In this document: positions 48,001-50,998 of the stretch, one piece after another
Numbering within the stretch: position 1 is the first letter of the stretch
Layout: each line of letters opens with the position of its first letter
Source of the DNA: an uncultured Planctomycetota bacterium
GTDB taxonomy: Bacteria; Planctomycetota; Planctomycetia; Isosphaerales; Isosphaeraceae
DNA length: 64,000 nt
Assembly (NCBI GenBank): GCA_963823665.1
Contig: CAWGMQ010000010.1
Coordinates: 2,208,001 to 2,272,000, forward strand
Direction: 5' to 3'
Notes under the pieces: generated by a model
Database searches by the model: none
What the model saw: only the letters and a program-made list of their open reading frames with translations
What the model was told of the DNA's origin: nothing
Translations under genes and position numbers: made by a program

Positions 48001-50998
48001 GTAAGTGATCTGGGTGCCGAACGTGCCGTTGCCGTTGCCCGGCAGGATGCTCACCGTATTGCTGCCGTAGTTGGCGGTCGCCACGTCCAGCTTGCCGTCG
48101 CCGTTGAAGTCGGCGATGACCAGGTTGCCGGGGTTCGAGCCCACGGGATAGTTGACGGCGCTGGCGAAGGTGCCATTGCCCTGGTTCAAGAGCACGCTCA
48201 CGTTGGCGCTGTTCCAGTTGGCCACCGCCAGGTCGTTGCCGTTCTTGCCGTCCAGGTCGGCAATGGCAACGCCCCGCGGGCTGGAGCCAACCGCGTAAGT
48301 GACCGGGGTCTGGAAGGTGCCGTCGCCGTTGCCGAAGAGCACACTGACGCTATTCGAGCCGTAGTTGGCCACGGCGATATCGGCCTTGCCGTCACCGTTC
48401 AAGTCGCCGATGGCAACGGCGATCGGGTTACTGCCGACCGCGTAAGTCACCGGGGCCTGGAAGGTGCCGTTGCCGTTGCCCAAAAGCACCGAGATCGTGC
48501 CGCTGTTGTAGTTGGCCGTGACCAGGTCAAGCGGCTGGCCGGCACCGCGCAGGGCCGCCGAGGCGGTGAAGTAGGGCTGGTTGCCCGAAACCGAGTACGA
48601 ATTCGGCGAGTAGGTCCCGTCCGGCTGGCTGGTGGGTGTCACCAGCGGCGTCGCCGTCCCGGGGCTGTTGTCGTTTTCTTTCTCGGTTACAAACCCTGGC
48701 ACCTGCGCGATCCCGAACTGGAGTTGAAACGGCGTCAACGCGTTCTGGGCCCTGTCGGTGATTCCCGAGCCCACGTTGAGGGTATAGCTTCCGGGCAGCA
48801 GAGGGCCGGTAGTGATCGTCAAGGTTTCGGACAGACCGCCGTTATAGCTGCCGGGGACCAGCGCGTAGCTGTTGCCGTTACTGTCTGTGAGCGAAAAGTT
48901 TGCCGAACTTGTGACGGTGGCGGGGACCAGGTTCTTGGAAAAACTCACTGTGATCTGGTTCAAAAGCGCGTTGGTCGTCTCGCCCGGGGCCGGCAGCCCG
49001 GTCGAAGTGACGGTCGGCGGAACACCATCGATCACGCTGGCATCGAGCAGGTACTGGGCGCGGATGCCCTGATTGCCTGCCGAAGTCTGCACGATCACGT
49101 AGTAGGCGCCGTTGCCGCCGCTGGGGACGGTGTAGCTCAGATTTCCCGTGTTGCTCGTGAACGCGGGTGCGCTGCTACCGGCCAGCTCGACGCTCAGCTC
49201 GACGGCGGCCGGCGAGGCCGAGCCCGTAGACAACGAGCTGATCGCAGGCGCGCTCGTGGTCAGCGATATGGTATTGCCGGCCACGAGAGTCTCCAGCCCG
49301 TAGTAATCCCCATTATCACCGACCGGCAGGGCGCCCGCGACGACTCCGCCGAAGCTGCCCTGGACCGGAGAGGTCACGTTCAGCAATGTACTGTTCGACT
49401 GACTGCCACCCGGCGTGGCATCGAGCTGCGGCCCCACGCTCGCTTCAGATTGATCGACCCGCAACTGGTACGAGGCGGTGTTGTTGTTGCTGAAGACATC
49501 GACGAAATAGGTGCCGGACGTCGGAATCGTGACGTTATCCAGCTCTGCATTGCCGACGGAGCTGTTTCCACCCGTGCTGGCAATCACGGTGCCGGATACG
49601 TTCTCGAGGTACAAATAGGGGTCTACGCCATTATTGGGGTTCCTGGCTTCGAGGCGGATCGTGACGTGATCGCCGGCGTTGGCATTCAGATACCAGTAGT
49701 TTGGGTCGTTGGTGCTGGCGAAGGTGCCGACGCCAAGTGCCGTAAAGAATCCGGTGCTGACCTCGGTCATGGGCAAGGGAGTGGCGCCGGGGACGAACCC
49801 TATCTGGTGGGTGGTCAATGCGATCTGTCCGTCTGGTGGGTTGCTAATCGTGAACGCCAGCGCGAAGGGGGTCACCTCGTTGCCGTTTGAGTCGATGAGC
49901 CCGGAGAGGCTGTTGAACGAGTACGTGCCGGGCTGGAGCGGCTCCGGGGTCATGGTGAAATTCACGGTCGTCGAGCCGGCAGTGTACGACGAAGCGAGCA
50001 CGTAAGTGGGATCGCCGCTGCTGCCCGTGAGGCTATAGTTGCTTGCCGCTCCGGCGGACGCCGCATTGAGCGGCTGGTTGAACGCCACCGCGAAATGGTC
50101 GATGGCGGTTTCGGTGTTGGCCGTGCCGGTCGAGACGACGCCGTCGAGGGGGGCGTTGCTGGTCACCCAGGCCGGCGGCGCCGGCGGCGGTTCCCCCTCC
50201 AAGACTCGCGTTGTGATTCCCGCCCGACGAATCGGCGGCCGTCAGGCCGGTCCCATCGTCGAGCTGGTAGTCGGCCACCAATCCGGTCTGGGGCGTTGCG
50301 GGCGGTTCTACCATGTCCGCCTGAATTTCAGCGTTCGAGCGGGCGACGTTCCAGATGCTTACGTCGTCAATCGAGCCGCTTAGCCAGGCGCCATTCCCCA
50401 GGTTTGTGCCGTCGGTAGAGCCAAGGGCGTAGTACTGCCCGTAACTGTTGTTGAATGGAGCCGAGCGATTGCCTGAGACCGTCGTCGAGCTGGGGACCCC
50501 GTTGAGGATGCCGTCCAGGGTCGACGTGGTGCTGTTGTAGCGCAGGGCCACGAAGTTCCAGTCGCCAAAGCTGGCCGTTCCTAGCGACACTGCGTTGAGG
50601 CCCTCGACCCGCGCCTCGACCTGGCCGGAGCTCAAGATCTCGATCTGGCTATCGTGCCAGGCCGTGTTGAGCGAGGTCTGACCCAGCTCATCCAGGATGA
50701 CACCCGGAGCATTGGCCTTGAACCATAGCTCCACCGTCACCGATGTCGTGGGAAACGAGCTTGCGAGGTTCGGCGTGATGAGGTAATCGCTCGTCCCGTT
50801 GAACGACAGAGCCGAGCCTGCGGTGCTTACCACGGTCGGCAGCGACGTGCTTATCACGGCTGTGTTGGCCAGCACGATGCGATTCTCGAGAGCTTCGAGA
50901 AAAACGCGATTCAGGTGGCCGCCCCGTTTCGTCGAGCGCGTCCGGCGTTTCTGGCTGGACCTTTTTTGCAGCCATTTCCAGATGCTAGCGGTGGCCAT
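15377..50998 (-). CDS. Giant (about 11,870 aa) RHS/YD-repeat surface protein with LamG, PPC, FG-GAP, CARDB, Ig and dockerin domains; interrupted by four single-base indels
   Basis: ORFs 50033..51064, 34618..50202, 24750..34640, 21061..24828 and 15377..21064 overlap and join mid-domain: GTAAGA/PAWVTS (about 50178, one extra base), PDLQV/SSVTAP (about 34648, one extra), TYTP/QAPGRIAITATATD (about 24900, one missing), INVGA/GSRPTYLALTHD (about 21144, one missing). ATG 50998 to stop 15377 is 35,622 nt with net zero correction. Confidence 0.85.
17400..18260 (-). repeat. Highly regular YD repeat tract (21-aa units, 42-aa/126-bp super-period)
   Basis: GTCACGTTGCCGTCGGCATCGTA-like blocks recur at about 126-bp spacing (for example near 17500, 17625, 17875, 18000). 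Confidence 0.8.
21061..24828 (-). CDS. Segment 4 of giant gene: short RHS-like module, dockerin, Ig-like domains
   Basis: TDLSV..LVRTYDS..FGYGWRL; HDAQGRITSIIAPDG..YTYDSSGNLVS; GDVNGDGKVDGTD...ADANQDGVINATD; FVPAPGYTGPASFQY. Confidence 0.85.
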   Translation of the reverse strand: MLKVLDPSDQTAPVVAFSPQLANARLTAAAAIVGTISDTNLDTWVLDRAPIGSSTFTTLASGTAPVSSATLATFDPTVLANGPYVLRLTATDIAGRVSQTTIVVEADSTTKPAQYLRTETDLSVVLAGSVFNLVRTYDSLTADQSGTFGYGWRLAVEDTDIQTTVLPTGQESTGIYNPFLIGTRVYLTLPTGQRVGFTFTPVKEQINGLTYYMPAYTADSGVTYTLSSAGGPLIQAGNRYYDLKTGLAYNPAADLYAGPEYVLTAPDGTAYDLSTAQGVQEMIRPDGTRLYFSDSGITASTGESIQFVHDAQGRITSIIAPDGTRVIYTYDSSGNLVSARNLVSGQSSRYGYQAGPIHLLIEAVSPANGTSAVVQYAPSFQVLPLTADLGSSGEFLASNQTGTLAAGGTDRYAFSFRPSELLSTASGEIYLGITVQATSGSALQPGVPLIVGLTPLVSHTSALGSFALYAIGEAGLELLDVSGANGATKGSYTLHMFVAGDVNGDGKVDGTDGQLLAGALGTSVGQPGYLAAADANQDGVINATDMQLLSSDLGFQENLPPVSTAGQATTHIDLAVTVDLATLATDPEGNPIYFRVLNPEDGTATLSPDGHTVTFVPAPGYTGPASFQYVADDGYGTSATATVSINVSAAPLVSLDFEDRAPSLQPGDSLNVTVVGDFADENGAVLPSSYLTFQTLDLSVATISAGGQLHAVADGTTVLLVSSHGIQAATAVSVGTSTDQTQQLLVKLGLDDYPQALSLAAHVGSRQLKIDVGGEIDLTSASTGTEYFVSNPNVVTVTPDGLVNAGNVGIAQITVINGPAEQVIPVEVELPQSGSIQVGPAGAIVQGSDGSTVAVPPGAMGQGATVDIQPVAQADLPMSLPAALDFAGAFQLDLGNEQLADPVQIAVPVAPGIAAGTPVLFYRADQIPDGSGSMVPAWMEVEDGVVGSDGFARSASPPYDGIREGGTYIAAIVNTLESGLVSGYLEADAGFALGGSSFMVLDTQGAWANVGAYVDLLSHFVIQLPTGSDSVNIVEVPQDGQSALATQVKIDVAQTGVTQYTASVPTSTITNGPPQISDAGLASAPGGGYQLVLDGQGFGNTLNQISVLFQVGGRDLPGQAEGGQDSVAQPTSVTDNTITVNVPAGVPLGSAQITVIRQIPNGTGQPITLESDPIPFETRDAYVLTAQNAAGSVAILDGQATVPDSQNPGQQIPNPDYGNLVTTINVGADRGRPTSRSPTTTPGLTSSLLEVIPSR
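24750..34640 (-). CDS. Segment 3 of giant gene: CARDB repeats, beta-propeller, putative-Ig (cadherin-like) array
   Basis: Repeated PDL.V..V...V.WTV.N.G....W.D.VYLS (CARDB) and ATDPD.D.LTYS...LP.GA..D..TG...WTP (putative Ig). Confidence 0.85.
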   Translation of the reverse strand: MTAPSQANAGGTVSLDFTVINQGTVPTTTPHWTDTVYLSLDGTLDSNAIVLGSFPNQSALLPGQSYETMTGDLLIPDTFAGAGYLIVYTDSGNAVNETPNEGNNTFVSPIYVNALPPADLVTGQVTAPDQAFDGTSFTVSYTVTNKGLNVTDVPSWTDTIWLAHDPTRPGASKGDVVLATLSHNGVLGNDPSVLIPPTSYTETATVTLPSGISGQYYITAWADTFDQVLKTTLDANINPDDPNELYNDNWKARPITVLLTPPPPAPLPPDLVVSSVAAQPTAVGGDSFTVNWTVLNQGTGPTEGATLFDRVYLSNQPTLNAPGANQWTLGTIEHDGIVPVGGSYNAQATFQLSPEIAGKYVIVDANTGGSIGDNSIPPTWEGPNTNNNTNTGPTLVTPLAPADLQVTSIVTQSPNYSGENTTVQWTVTNFGNTVWSGTQYWVDDVYISPYPTFNTNGNTLAGVVAYNNVQTLGTGQSYTQSLTFALPKGIGGTAADPQTFYVYVITDPSGTTNTGYRDNDTSRDYYTTNGYEDPTNNQGSQTLTVIYREPDLEVTNLVVPSTPVYSGDVIPVSWTVTNVGNRDTRVGYWIDRVYLSDSPSLDDQSYMLGQVTHSSILMTGAQYNASLNVQLPDGIHGNFYILVFTDSNETGSPTVPGLYNDGSDPFFGRVDEYQGEGNNITAASLPVLLANSPDLQVSSVTAVGPDPSQPDHVQTGQNYTVTYTVTNAGAGGTPARQSSWVDWIFLSRDQLLDSGDTFLAEEDHTGGLNAGQSYQVTATFQATRNLSGPWYIIVITDPRGVVYEGGNKYDNTTATATPLVFDVPPPADLTVQTITIPSSAQSGDPVQIQWTVQNVGANAASGSWTDSVYLASGATWDISDPLIGQVVYSGTVLPGGTYTSTLNANLPDAAAGQYRIIVRTDIFDEVVESNYLNNTTASADVVNVTVPELQLGVPVQTTLSTGQDRVYEVQVGLGQTLRVDLTSSDASASNELYLRYQAVPSGSEYDAAYQGALQANQFAVIPSTQAGEYLILVRGQSESAANTPVSVVANVLPFEITDVQTDEGGDGQYVTTTILGAQFDLQAIVKLVRPGIAEYEPVSYQVVDSTTITAVFDFTNAPHGLYDVVVINPDGTEAIAPYRYLVEQALPPDVAVALGGPRVLTAGQNAIYGFSLESLTNVDIPYVEFEVGIPELGGITETDPGTGLYPYLALTTNLGAEDNPQVADVPWASVNPVVNTGGEDLSTAYALDFADGSNLGETLAVQTYPDGLPPDASENPPSDTAFQFDITASATPLTTAEFIAQQTQEALTLRSAILQDPTASASLQVLASDPTSWTDLYLAALTEAGLLLPSDVPPAAQQDPDVITLIDTLAAGILAGPAGQQIITTGNLPQFFDQVIKWYGSNPTQTSPYIGSRYVDSPDPDAAGTIVAGNAPPNSAFDLQESSPTQTESFTVYVNYANDYDMNGDIDSSNPENPNYVPVQPTDFSPFLNGQGTTGQAQLVGPFGSGTPDFVPTGQPLPYTINFSNPSSTSTVGQIRIVSQLDPNLDPRSFRLGDLQIGDLQVHIPNTVGSFQGDFDFTQSEGFILRVSAGIDIQSDTITWLLQAIDPATGEVVTDPSRGLLPPGSNASGFVTYTAEPLAGVATGTQISAQASILFDTSAPEDTNTVTNTVDAVAPTTTLTATPIVPGSSDYQVQWTATDDNGGSGVQGVTVYVAEDGGDYQIWLDQTTTTSGIYDGQPGHTYQFLALATDNAGNQEQPPSGVAVPSDGSQANLGALPTVPATTTDLGTPAQPTTQPSTNPLFTQAEQGIPSPVQVSQPSEFQKVLQPFTARAFATGITQSEANIGPLAIVTFPDGSALVSGGPARDQLFSFTSEGGQAGTPLATEPFPIYDMALDAAGNLWATTGGGPLLELNPQTGAIIGQYGDSLTQSLAIQPSTGLIYVSSGKGIEIFNPTTQTFAHFSDLRVGSLAFDPDSSLWAATWPQNQNDVVEFVPDSPAPNPITPQYHAQLMFQFTTDVDSIAFGLPGTMLAGLLFISHDEEASPGAGTDLTMVDLATLQTLAVATGGSRGDEIKTTALGSILLSQSQQVDILSPIEAPRVAGSNPPDGATVGLPLGTITVTFDHDMFQGASTDPHSVLNPSNYQIIGDTAGPIAVSAVVYDASSRTATLSFDSIEAGGYTLQVATSIQSTDGLGLAEPFSAHFRGLDDVSSQVNISFANGRANAATKTYSYSVIVTNNGPTPLLTPLDLTFDGLQPINDQVIGATNLTANGTVWLDLSSDVPGGKLLPGQATTAATVTFSNPSGLRLSFKTGLLAMPAPNADPIFDSQPLTTATAGQLYNFPVAAHDPNKYTLGYLLVRGPAGMTVNATSGLVSWLPTIASPALAPVVLAVYDSLGSRATLSYTITVGGVDQPPVLQPLPLQIAGQEDQTLQVALSATDPQGLPLISWADNLPPGAVYDTTNDTLTWIPAPGQAGTYPDVQFFVSDGVNQVSAATTLLIAPTQQPPTLVQPANRTVLEGESVHIPLQASDPQGDPLSFSSTMLPGGAYFDPSTGVFDWTPAYFQQGVFQIPFTVSDGQLSVTQTTTITVLPVDAPPQFDDLSSWRVAEGQDINFRAFAFDPNNPGYVPPDRMADGTLTALEGTDPTVTYTVSGLPAGATFDPQTDLFDWPTNYSDAGSYLVTFTATKPGNGTGAPLSISVSVPITVLNTNRAPQITFIANQTVDDKAVLTLPIQAIDPDGDPMVLTAGGTTDQGLPAFASFVDNGNGTGTFTFAPGPDDGGDYTISLTATDNGDGGGPAAVLSASQAFIVTVNDTPPHLAPIGDKVAVVGQELQFTIHATDPNSYPLTFSALGLPAGATLAPSSTYGDAVVTWTPTSSALGETTVVFQVADNGNGNPAEVLTGQQSINLVVRLSNRAPVLLPVGNQTVAQQQTLTVALQATDPDNDTLTYSAANLPAGAALDPVSGILTWTPNLSQSGTFNNIVLSASDGNLTASQTLTIDVTAINQAPVLVPLVEQDGREGTPLQFTLAAADGDGDPLTYGVISGLPSGAQFNTMTGQFKWTPTYSQAGDYAIQFGVSDPGGLSDQISVNVHIDQVDLPPSLVVTNHQAVVGQPLGFTLLGSHPDQGIPIDLTYSALGLPEGSSLNPQTGAFSWTPGPSQIGDYSVQFSVSDGELSDTVPVVLRGTIAAVPPQVIVVLTPSFPAVPGQSVIVHVAASSLAPITGLSVTVGGQPLTLDSQGRATYTPRRPAGLRSPPRQPTAMGSSASMRRCSRCLTRATRPRPSSPSAPSWPTRG
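34618..50202 (-). CDS. Segment 2 of giant gene: Ig/PPC scaffold, three FG-GAP+LamG repeats, CARDB array
   Basis: GDLNGDGKADIAVAN-type FG-GAP repeats; DVDFFSWTGKAGD..TGTYLIEV PPC domains; WHLVTAV..LDEVAYF LamG; ADLIVAPGS CARDB units. Confidence 0.88.
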   Translation of the reverse strand: MEGEPPPAPPAWVTSNAPLDGVVSTGTANTETAIDHFAVAFNQPLNAASAGAASNYSLTGSSGDPTYVLASSYTAGSTTVNFTMTPEPLQPGTYSFNSLSGLIDSNGNEVTPFALAFTISNPPDGQIALTTHQIGFVPGATPLPMTEVSTGFFTALGVGTFASTNDPNYWYLNANAGDHVTIRLEARNPNNGVDPYLYLENVSGTVIASTGGNSSVGNAELDNVTIPTSGTYFVDVFSNNNTASYQLRVDQSEASVGPQLDATPGGSQSNSTLLNVTSPVQGSFGGVVAGALPVGDNGDYYGLETLVAGNTISLTTSAPAISSLSTGSASPAAVELSVELAGSSAPAFTSNTGNLSYTVPSGGNGAYYVIVQTSAGNQGIRAQYLLDASVIDGVPPTVTSTGLPAPGETTNALLNQITVSFSKNLVPATVTSSANFSLTDSNGNSYALVPGSYNGGLSETLTITTGPLLPGSYTLNVGSGITDRAQNALTPFQLQFGIAQVPGFVTEKENDNSPGTATPLVTPTSQPDGTYSPNSYSVSGNQPYFTASAALRGAGQPLDLVTANYNSGTISVLLGNGNGTFQAPVTYAVGSNPIAVAIGDLNGDGKADIAVANYGSNSVSVLFGNGDGTFQTPVTYAVGSSPRGVAIADLDGKNGNDLAVANWNSANVSVLLNQGNGTFASAVNYPVGSNPGNLVIADFNGDGKLDVATANYGSNTVSILPGNGNGTFGTQITYATGSSTNPIDVVAVQLTSDGKVDLATANNGNSTVSVLLNQGTPGAAFTASTFATAVNYAAGGSSPYHLVAADLNDDGNQDLAVAGYGNNVVGMLLGNGNGTLQPAISISVGGGNPIGITAGVFNGNGVTELATANYNGNSVTVLVPNMVKALPVDATTGLESGYGRGNMSSSSDVDFFSWTGKAGDVVQVASETPGNAGNTYLNYYVENSFGSILTSFTSSNSSNNNGQGQSGPITLPYTGTYLIEVTPNSGYTGEYRFRVTEAPPTLQLVSHYNDSVSSSPNVPVLTNTSPGNLTATVAGYISQNDGSGDFFSLGNVLAGTQLNLTLSQPATSLLGGVLNIYNAAGTNETNNVTAGNTLSYTVPAGQGGTYYARVSSASTTTVSFWMNWNGTNSEMPISFSNNYNLFLNSGSFGFDTNESYVYGISSAGLANSWHLVTAVFVDGVVTNDQLWIDGVQQTLTQRVGTTVGAPLVATSTAIGNYVGGSYAFTGVLDEVAYFDGTLTAAQIQAQYAARNSGSYSSVILSQNPVAYYRLGESNGTVAYDSSGNFDNAGFGGSITLGVSGALGNDSNTAYQFSGGSISAVVPESTGLLGQYVLSIDVANTTSPQITGDTLPGQGSTSSAVIDRFTLNFSEDLNAATVNNMADYLLQDSQGNVYHMTSPGYSSGTSAGYLISDGPLQPGSYTLTISGLTDRTSNLLVPYTLSFNVTGVAPYTLESRNNNSPGTATPLVTPTSQPDGTYSPNSYSVSGNQPYFTASAALRGAGQPLDLVTANYNSGTISVLLGNGNGTFQAPVTYAVGSNPIAVAIGDLNGDGKADIAVANYGSNSVSVLFGNGDGTFQTPVTYAVGSSPRGVAIADLDGKNGNDLAVANWNSANVSVLLNQGNGTFASAVNYPVGSNPGNLVIADFNGDGKLDVATANYGSNTVSILPGNGNGTFGTQITYATGSSTNPIDVVAVQLTSDGKVDLATANNGNSTVSVLLNQGTPGAAFTASTFATAVNYAAGGSSPYHLVAADLNDDGNQDLAVAGYGNNVVGMLLGNGDGTLQPAISISVGGGNPIGITAGVFNGNGVTELATANYNGNSVTVLVPNMVKALPVDATTGLESGYGRGNMSSSSDVDFFSWTGKAGDVVQVASETPGNAGNTYLNYYVENSFGSILTSFTSSNSSNNNGQGQSGPITLPYTGTYLIEVTPNSGYTGEYRFRVTEAPPTLQLVSHYNDSVSSSPNVPVLTNTSPGNLTATVAGYISQNDGSGDFFSLGNVLAGTQLNLTLSQPATSLLGGVLNIYNAAGTNETNNVTAGNTLSYTVPAGQGGTYYARVSSASTTTVSFWMNWNGTNSEMPISFSNNYNLFLNSGSFGFDTNESYVYGISSAGLANSWHLVTAVFVDGVVTNDQLWIDGVQQTLTQRVGTTVGAPLVATSTAIGNYVGGSYAFTGVLDEVAYFDGTLTAAQIQAQYAARNSGSYSSVILSQNPVAYYRLGESNGTVAYDSSGNFDNAGFGGSITLGVSGALGNDSNTAYQFSGGSISAVVPESTGLLGQYVLSIDVANTTSPQITGDTLPGQGSTSSAVIDRFTLNFSEDLNAATVNNMADYLLQDSQGNVYHMTSPGYSSGTSAGYLISDGPLQPGSYTLTISGLTDRTSNLLVPYTLSFNVTGVAPYTLESRNNNSPGTATPLVTPTSQPDGTYSPNSYSVSGNQPYFTASAALRGAGQPLDLVTANYNSGTISVLLGNGNGTFQAPVTYAVGSNPIAVAIGDLNGDGKADIAVANYGSNSVSVLFGNGDGTFQTPVTYAVGSSPRGVAIADLDGKNGNDLAVANWNSANVSVLLNQGNGTFASAVNYPVGSNPGNLVIADFNGDGKLDVATANYGSNTVSILPGNGNGTFGTQITYATGSSTNPIDVVAVQLTSDGKVDLATANNGNSTVSVLLNQGTPGAAFTASTFATAVNYAAGGSSPYHLVAADLNDDGNQDLAVAGYGNNVVGMLLGNGDGTLQPAISISVGGGNPIGITAGVFNGNGVTELATANYNGNSVTVLVPNMVKALPVDATTGLESGYGRGNMSSSSDVDFFSWTGKAGDVVQVASETPGNAGNTYLNYYVENSFGSILTSFTSSNSSNNNGQGQSGPITLPYTGTYLIEVTPNSGYTGEYRFRVTEAPPTLQLVSHYNDSVSSSPNVPVLTNTSPGNLTATVAGYISQNDGSGDFFSLGNVLAGTQLNLTLSQPATSLLGGVLNIYNAAGTNETNNVTAGNTLSYTVPAGQGGTYYARVSSASTTTVSFWMNWNGTNSEMPISFSNNYNLFLNSGSFGFDTNESYVYGISSAGLANSWHLVTAVFVDGVVTNDQLWIDGVQQTLTQRVGTTVGAPLVATSTVIGNYVGAGYAFTGVLDEVAYFDGTLTAAQIQAQYAARNSGSYSSVILSQNPVAYYRLGESNGTVAYDSSGNFDNAGFGGSITLGVSGALGNDSNTAYQFSGGSISAVVPESTGLLGQYVLSIDVANTNGPTITAPSLPAQGNMSTSIINQVTLGFSEDLNAATVNNLANYVLQDSNGNVYHLSNPGYTSGTSAYYSITDGPLQPGSYTLTISGLTDRMGNAQNPFSLQFSVAGVTPFTNQGRSSDNSANPTALTLTGDPAGTGLFVAGGRGALINNSDVDYWTFSGTSGNSLVISTQNPNSPSGSQLNYVVTEPNGSTTLTSFNTNYNGNAESAPVNLPGTGTYTISVHISNGYYGEYRFWVSSATPPLQLDKEPNTTIATADTLSLAASGNSEVANVGGTIMNSSDLNYFNLGTVQAGYSILLSTQLTSLSVLSPVVSVYNASDVYQNKTNGRPFDSVGQIDITQTGTYYALMQGGSGNGGLLDQYVMNVQIVPTSSLTALPNLEVTSISLPSGSNIESGQPVTFSWTVTNDGQAATNVDNWSDRAVLSLDTTYGNSDDIPLGGNNGVFGHSGVLAVGQSYTATETVMLPDGISGNYYIIVQTDTNEQVDESTIGRGDSVTVSSGGPNGNGTFTVNLAPYADLIVQGLTVNGPSAAGSFSLSWDTVNQGDGAVANNWAEQLVVKDVTTGVTVVNTPLSFSGGLAANGGTSAHTEPFTGSYTVDSAGDFDVSVTTNSDQSIYEDNLQGHASAVANDTSATTFTATRDLTVTNLTQSSPASPQSGNPVTLTWTDADTGVLATTGGWSDQVTVVNTTTGAALYSANVPYTGASIQPGSASATLSTSFTLPDGAPGVGTIEATVTVNANHAEAEYNTAGTAGGNNSSSINFASTLADYADLIVAPGSLGTAPTDPRSSGAVTVTWNDQNQGDAAVSAAFNDSVLVQKVNSENSLTTIATGTVSGNASLAAGATSAQQQFNFTLPEGPAGVGNFLITVTTDSGQTVKEYDSNGNPAYGNNSASITTTSTLGNSADLIVAPGSVTATPTNPYSSGAVTVTWNDENQGLAAVNAAFNDSVLLQKVNSGNSLTTVASGTVSGDATLAAGAISAQQQLTLALPDGVAGVGNFLITVTTDSGKTVAEYDSNGNPAYGNNSASITTTSTLGRYADLVVSPGSVAATPTNPYSSGAVTVTWNDENQGDAAVSAAFNDSVLVQKVNSGNSLSTIATGTVSGNATLAAGATSDQQQLTIALPDGAAGVGNFLITVTTDSGQTVKEFDSNGNPAYGNNSSSITITSTLGNYADLVVASGSLAVTPATPQSSGAVTVTWNDTNQGDAAVSAAFNDYVLVQRVNPDNSLTNITSGNVSGNASLAVGATSAQQEFSFTLPDGPAGTGNFQITVTTDSGQTVKEYDGSGNPAYGNNSASITTKSTLAAYPDLQVTMLSATPSAGLQSGGDVTLSWDDANTGNGATKGSWYDSITVTNSTTGEVLGTSTLLYDPSAAGNGPIAAGDSRARQFMVTLPNGAPGVGQIQFSVTTNVYNQVFEYNTAGPNDTSTAQSNNTSSLTVSSTLAPYPDLTVPSLIVSPSTGLESGDNLSIQWSDSNTGNAPVNGAFIDHVVIQNTTTGKPLGTQDVPYDPTASGNGPIAAGQAISRQIGFTLPQGTPGAGQIQVTVTTDYYNQVFEWNEAGPGGTSTAESNNSTSQTVTASLAPYADLAASAVSAPSLTIGDPAQVTVGWTVTNQGNGPGTVATWTDAVIASPDDDPTDGTTIAQFTHQGLLAVGASYSQTQTFLLPPHFEGQYHLFVETNSTGAVFENGNTANNYAEAPNLFDVSPIPYADLVVPSVTVSPTGASGQPVQISWTVANQGIGVTNTSSWSDEVSLATDPAGTNIVVDLGGFEHIGVLAPGGSYTHTVEVTLPVTLQGTYYVVVHTGGPYEFIYTTNNTNVSGPLTVTLTPAPDLTPTQIVAPTTAGAGDQVDVSWTVQNLGPGDANTPWTDSLQLRQVGGGAVYNLGQFSYTLPLQAGKSYSRDELVGLPSNVQGVFQFAVTTATGLFENGATANDTYVDPNQLTLTLPPNPDLQVLIGDSPLAG
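36595..38202 (-). repeat. Four tandem 402-bp (134-aa) CARDB repeats
   Basis: The AGGTCGG anchor lies at 38195, 37793, 37391, 36989 and 36587 (exact 402-bp spacing). Copies are similar but clearly diverged. Confidence 0.9.
40508..48671 (-). repeat. About 2.9 near-identical tandem copies of a 2838-bp (946-aa) unit
   Basis: Identical shadow ORFs recur at 2838-bp offsets (41405/44243/47081; 42522/45360/48198). Identity boundaries read by eye at 40508 and 48671. Confidence 0.97.
50033..50998 (-). CDS. Segment 1 of giant gene: planctomycete export motif + LamG domain
   Basis: Basic N-terminus MATASIWKWLQKRSSQKRRTRSTKRGG, then RVFLEALENRIVLA (RxxxExLExRxxLA type), then SALSFNGTSDY..TVELWFK..IDDVSIWNVARS. 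Confidence 0.85.
   Translation of the reverse strand: MATASIWKWLQKRSSQKRRTRSTKRGGHLNRVFLEALENRIVLANTAVISTSLPTVVSTAGSALSFNGTSDYLITPNLASSFPTTSVTVELWFKANAPGVILDELGQTSLNTAWHDSQIEILSSGQVEARVEGLNAVSLGTASFGDWNFVALRYNSTTSTLDGILNGVPSSTTVSGNRSAPFNNSYGQYYALGSTDGTNLGNGAWLSGSIDDVSIWNVARSNAEIQADMVEPPATPQTGLVADYQLDDGTGLTAADSSGGNHNASLGGGTAAGAAGLGDQQRPPRRRRLDRHGQHRNRHRPFRGGVQPAAQCGVRRSGKQL

Noticed and set aside
40508..48671. Diversity-generating retroelement (template/variable repeat) explanation for the near-identical repeats
   Set aside because: The repeats are kilobase-scale and in-frame, the differences are not adenine-specific, and there is no reverse transcriptase in the window.
40345..49890. Long plus-strand ORFs (982, 785 and 1092 aa) and similar ones such as 16124..17542
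   Set aside because: Antisense shadows of the GC-rich, codon-biased giant gene. They are V/A/R/G-rich with no domains and repeat with the 2838-bp unit.
21130..50190. Programmed frameshifting or phase variation at the four junctions of the giant gene
   Set aside because: No slippery heptamers or long simple-sequence tracts at the junctions, and similar indels hit unrelated genes, so error is more parsimonious.
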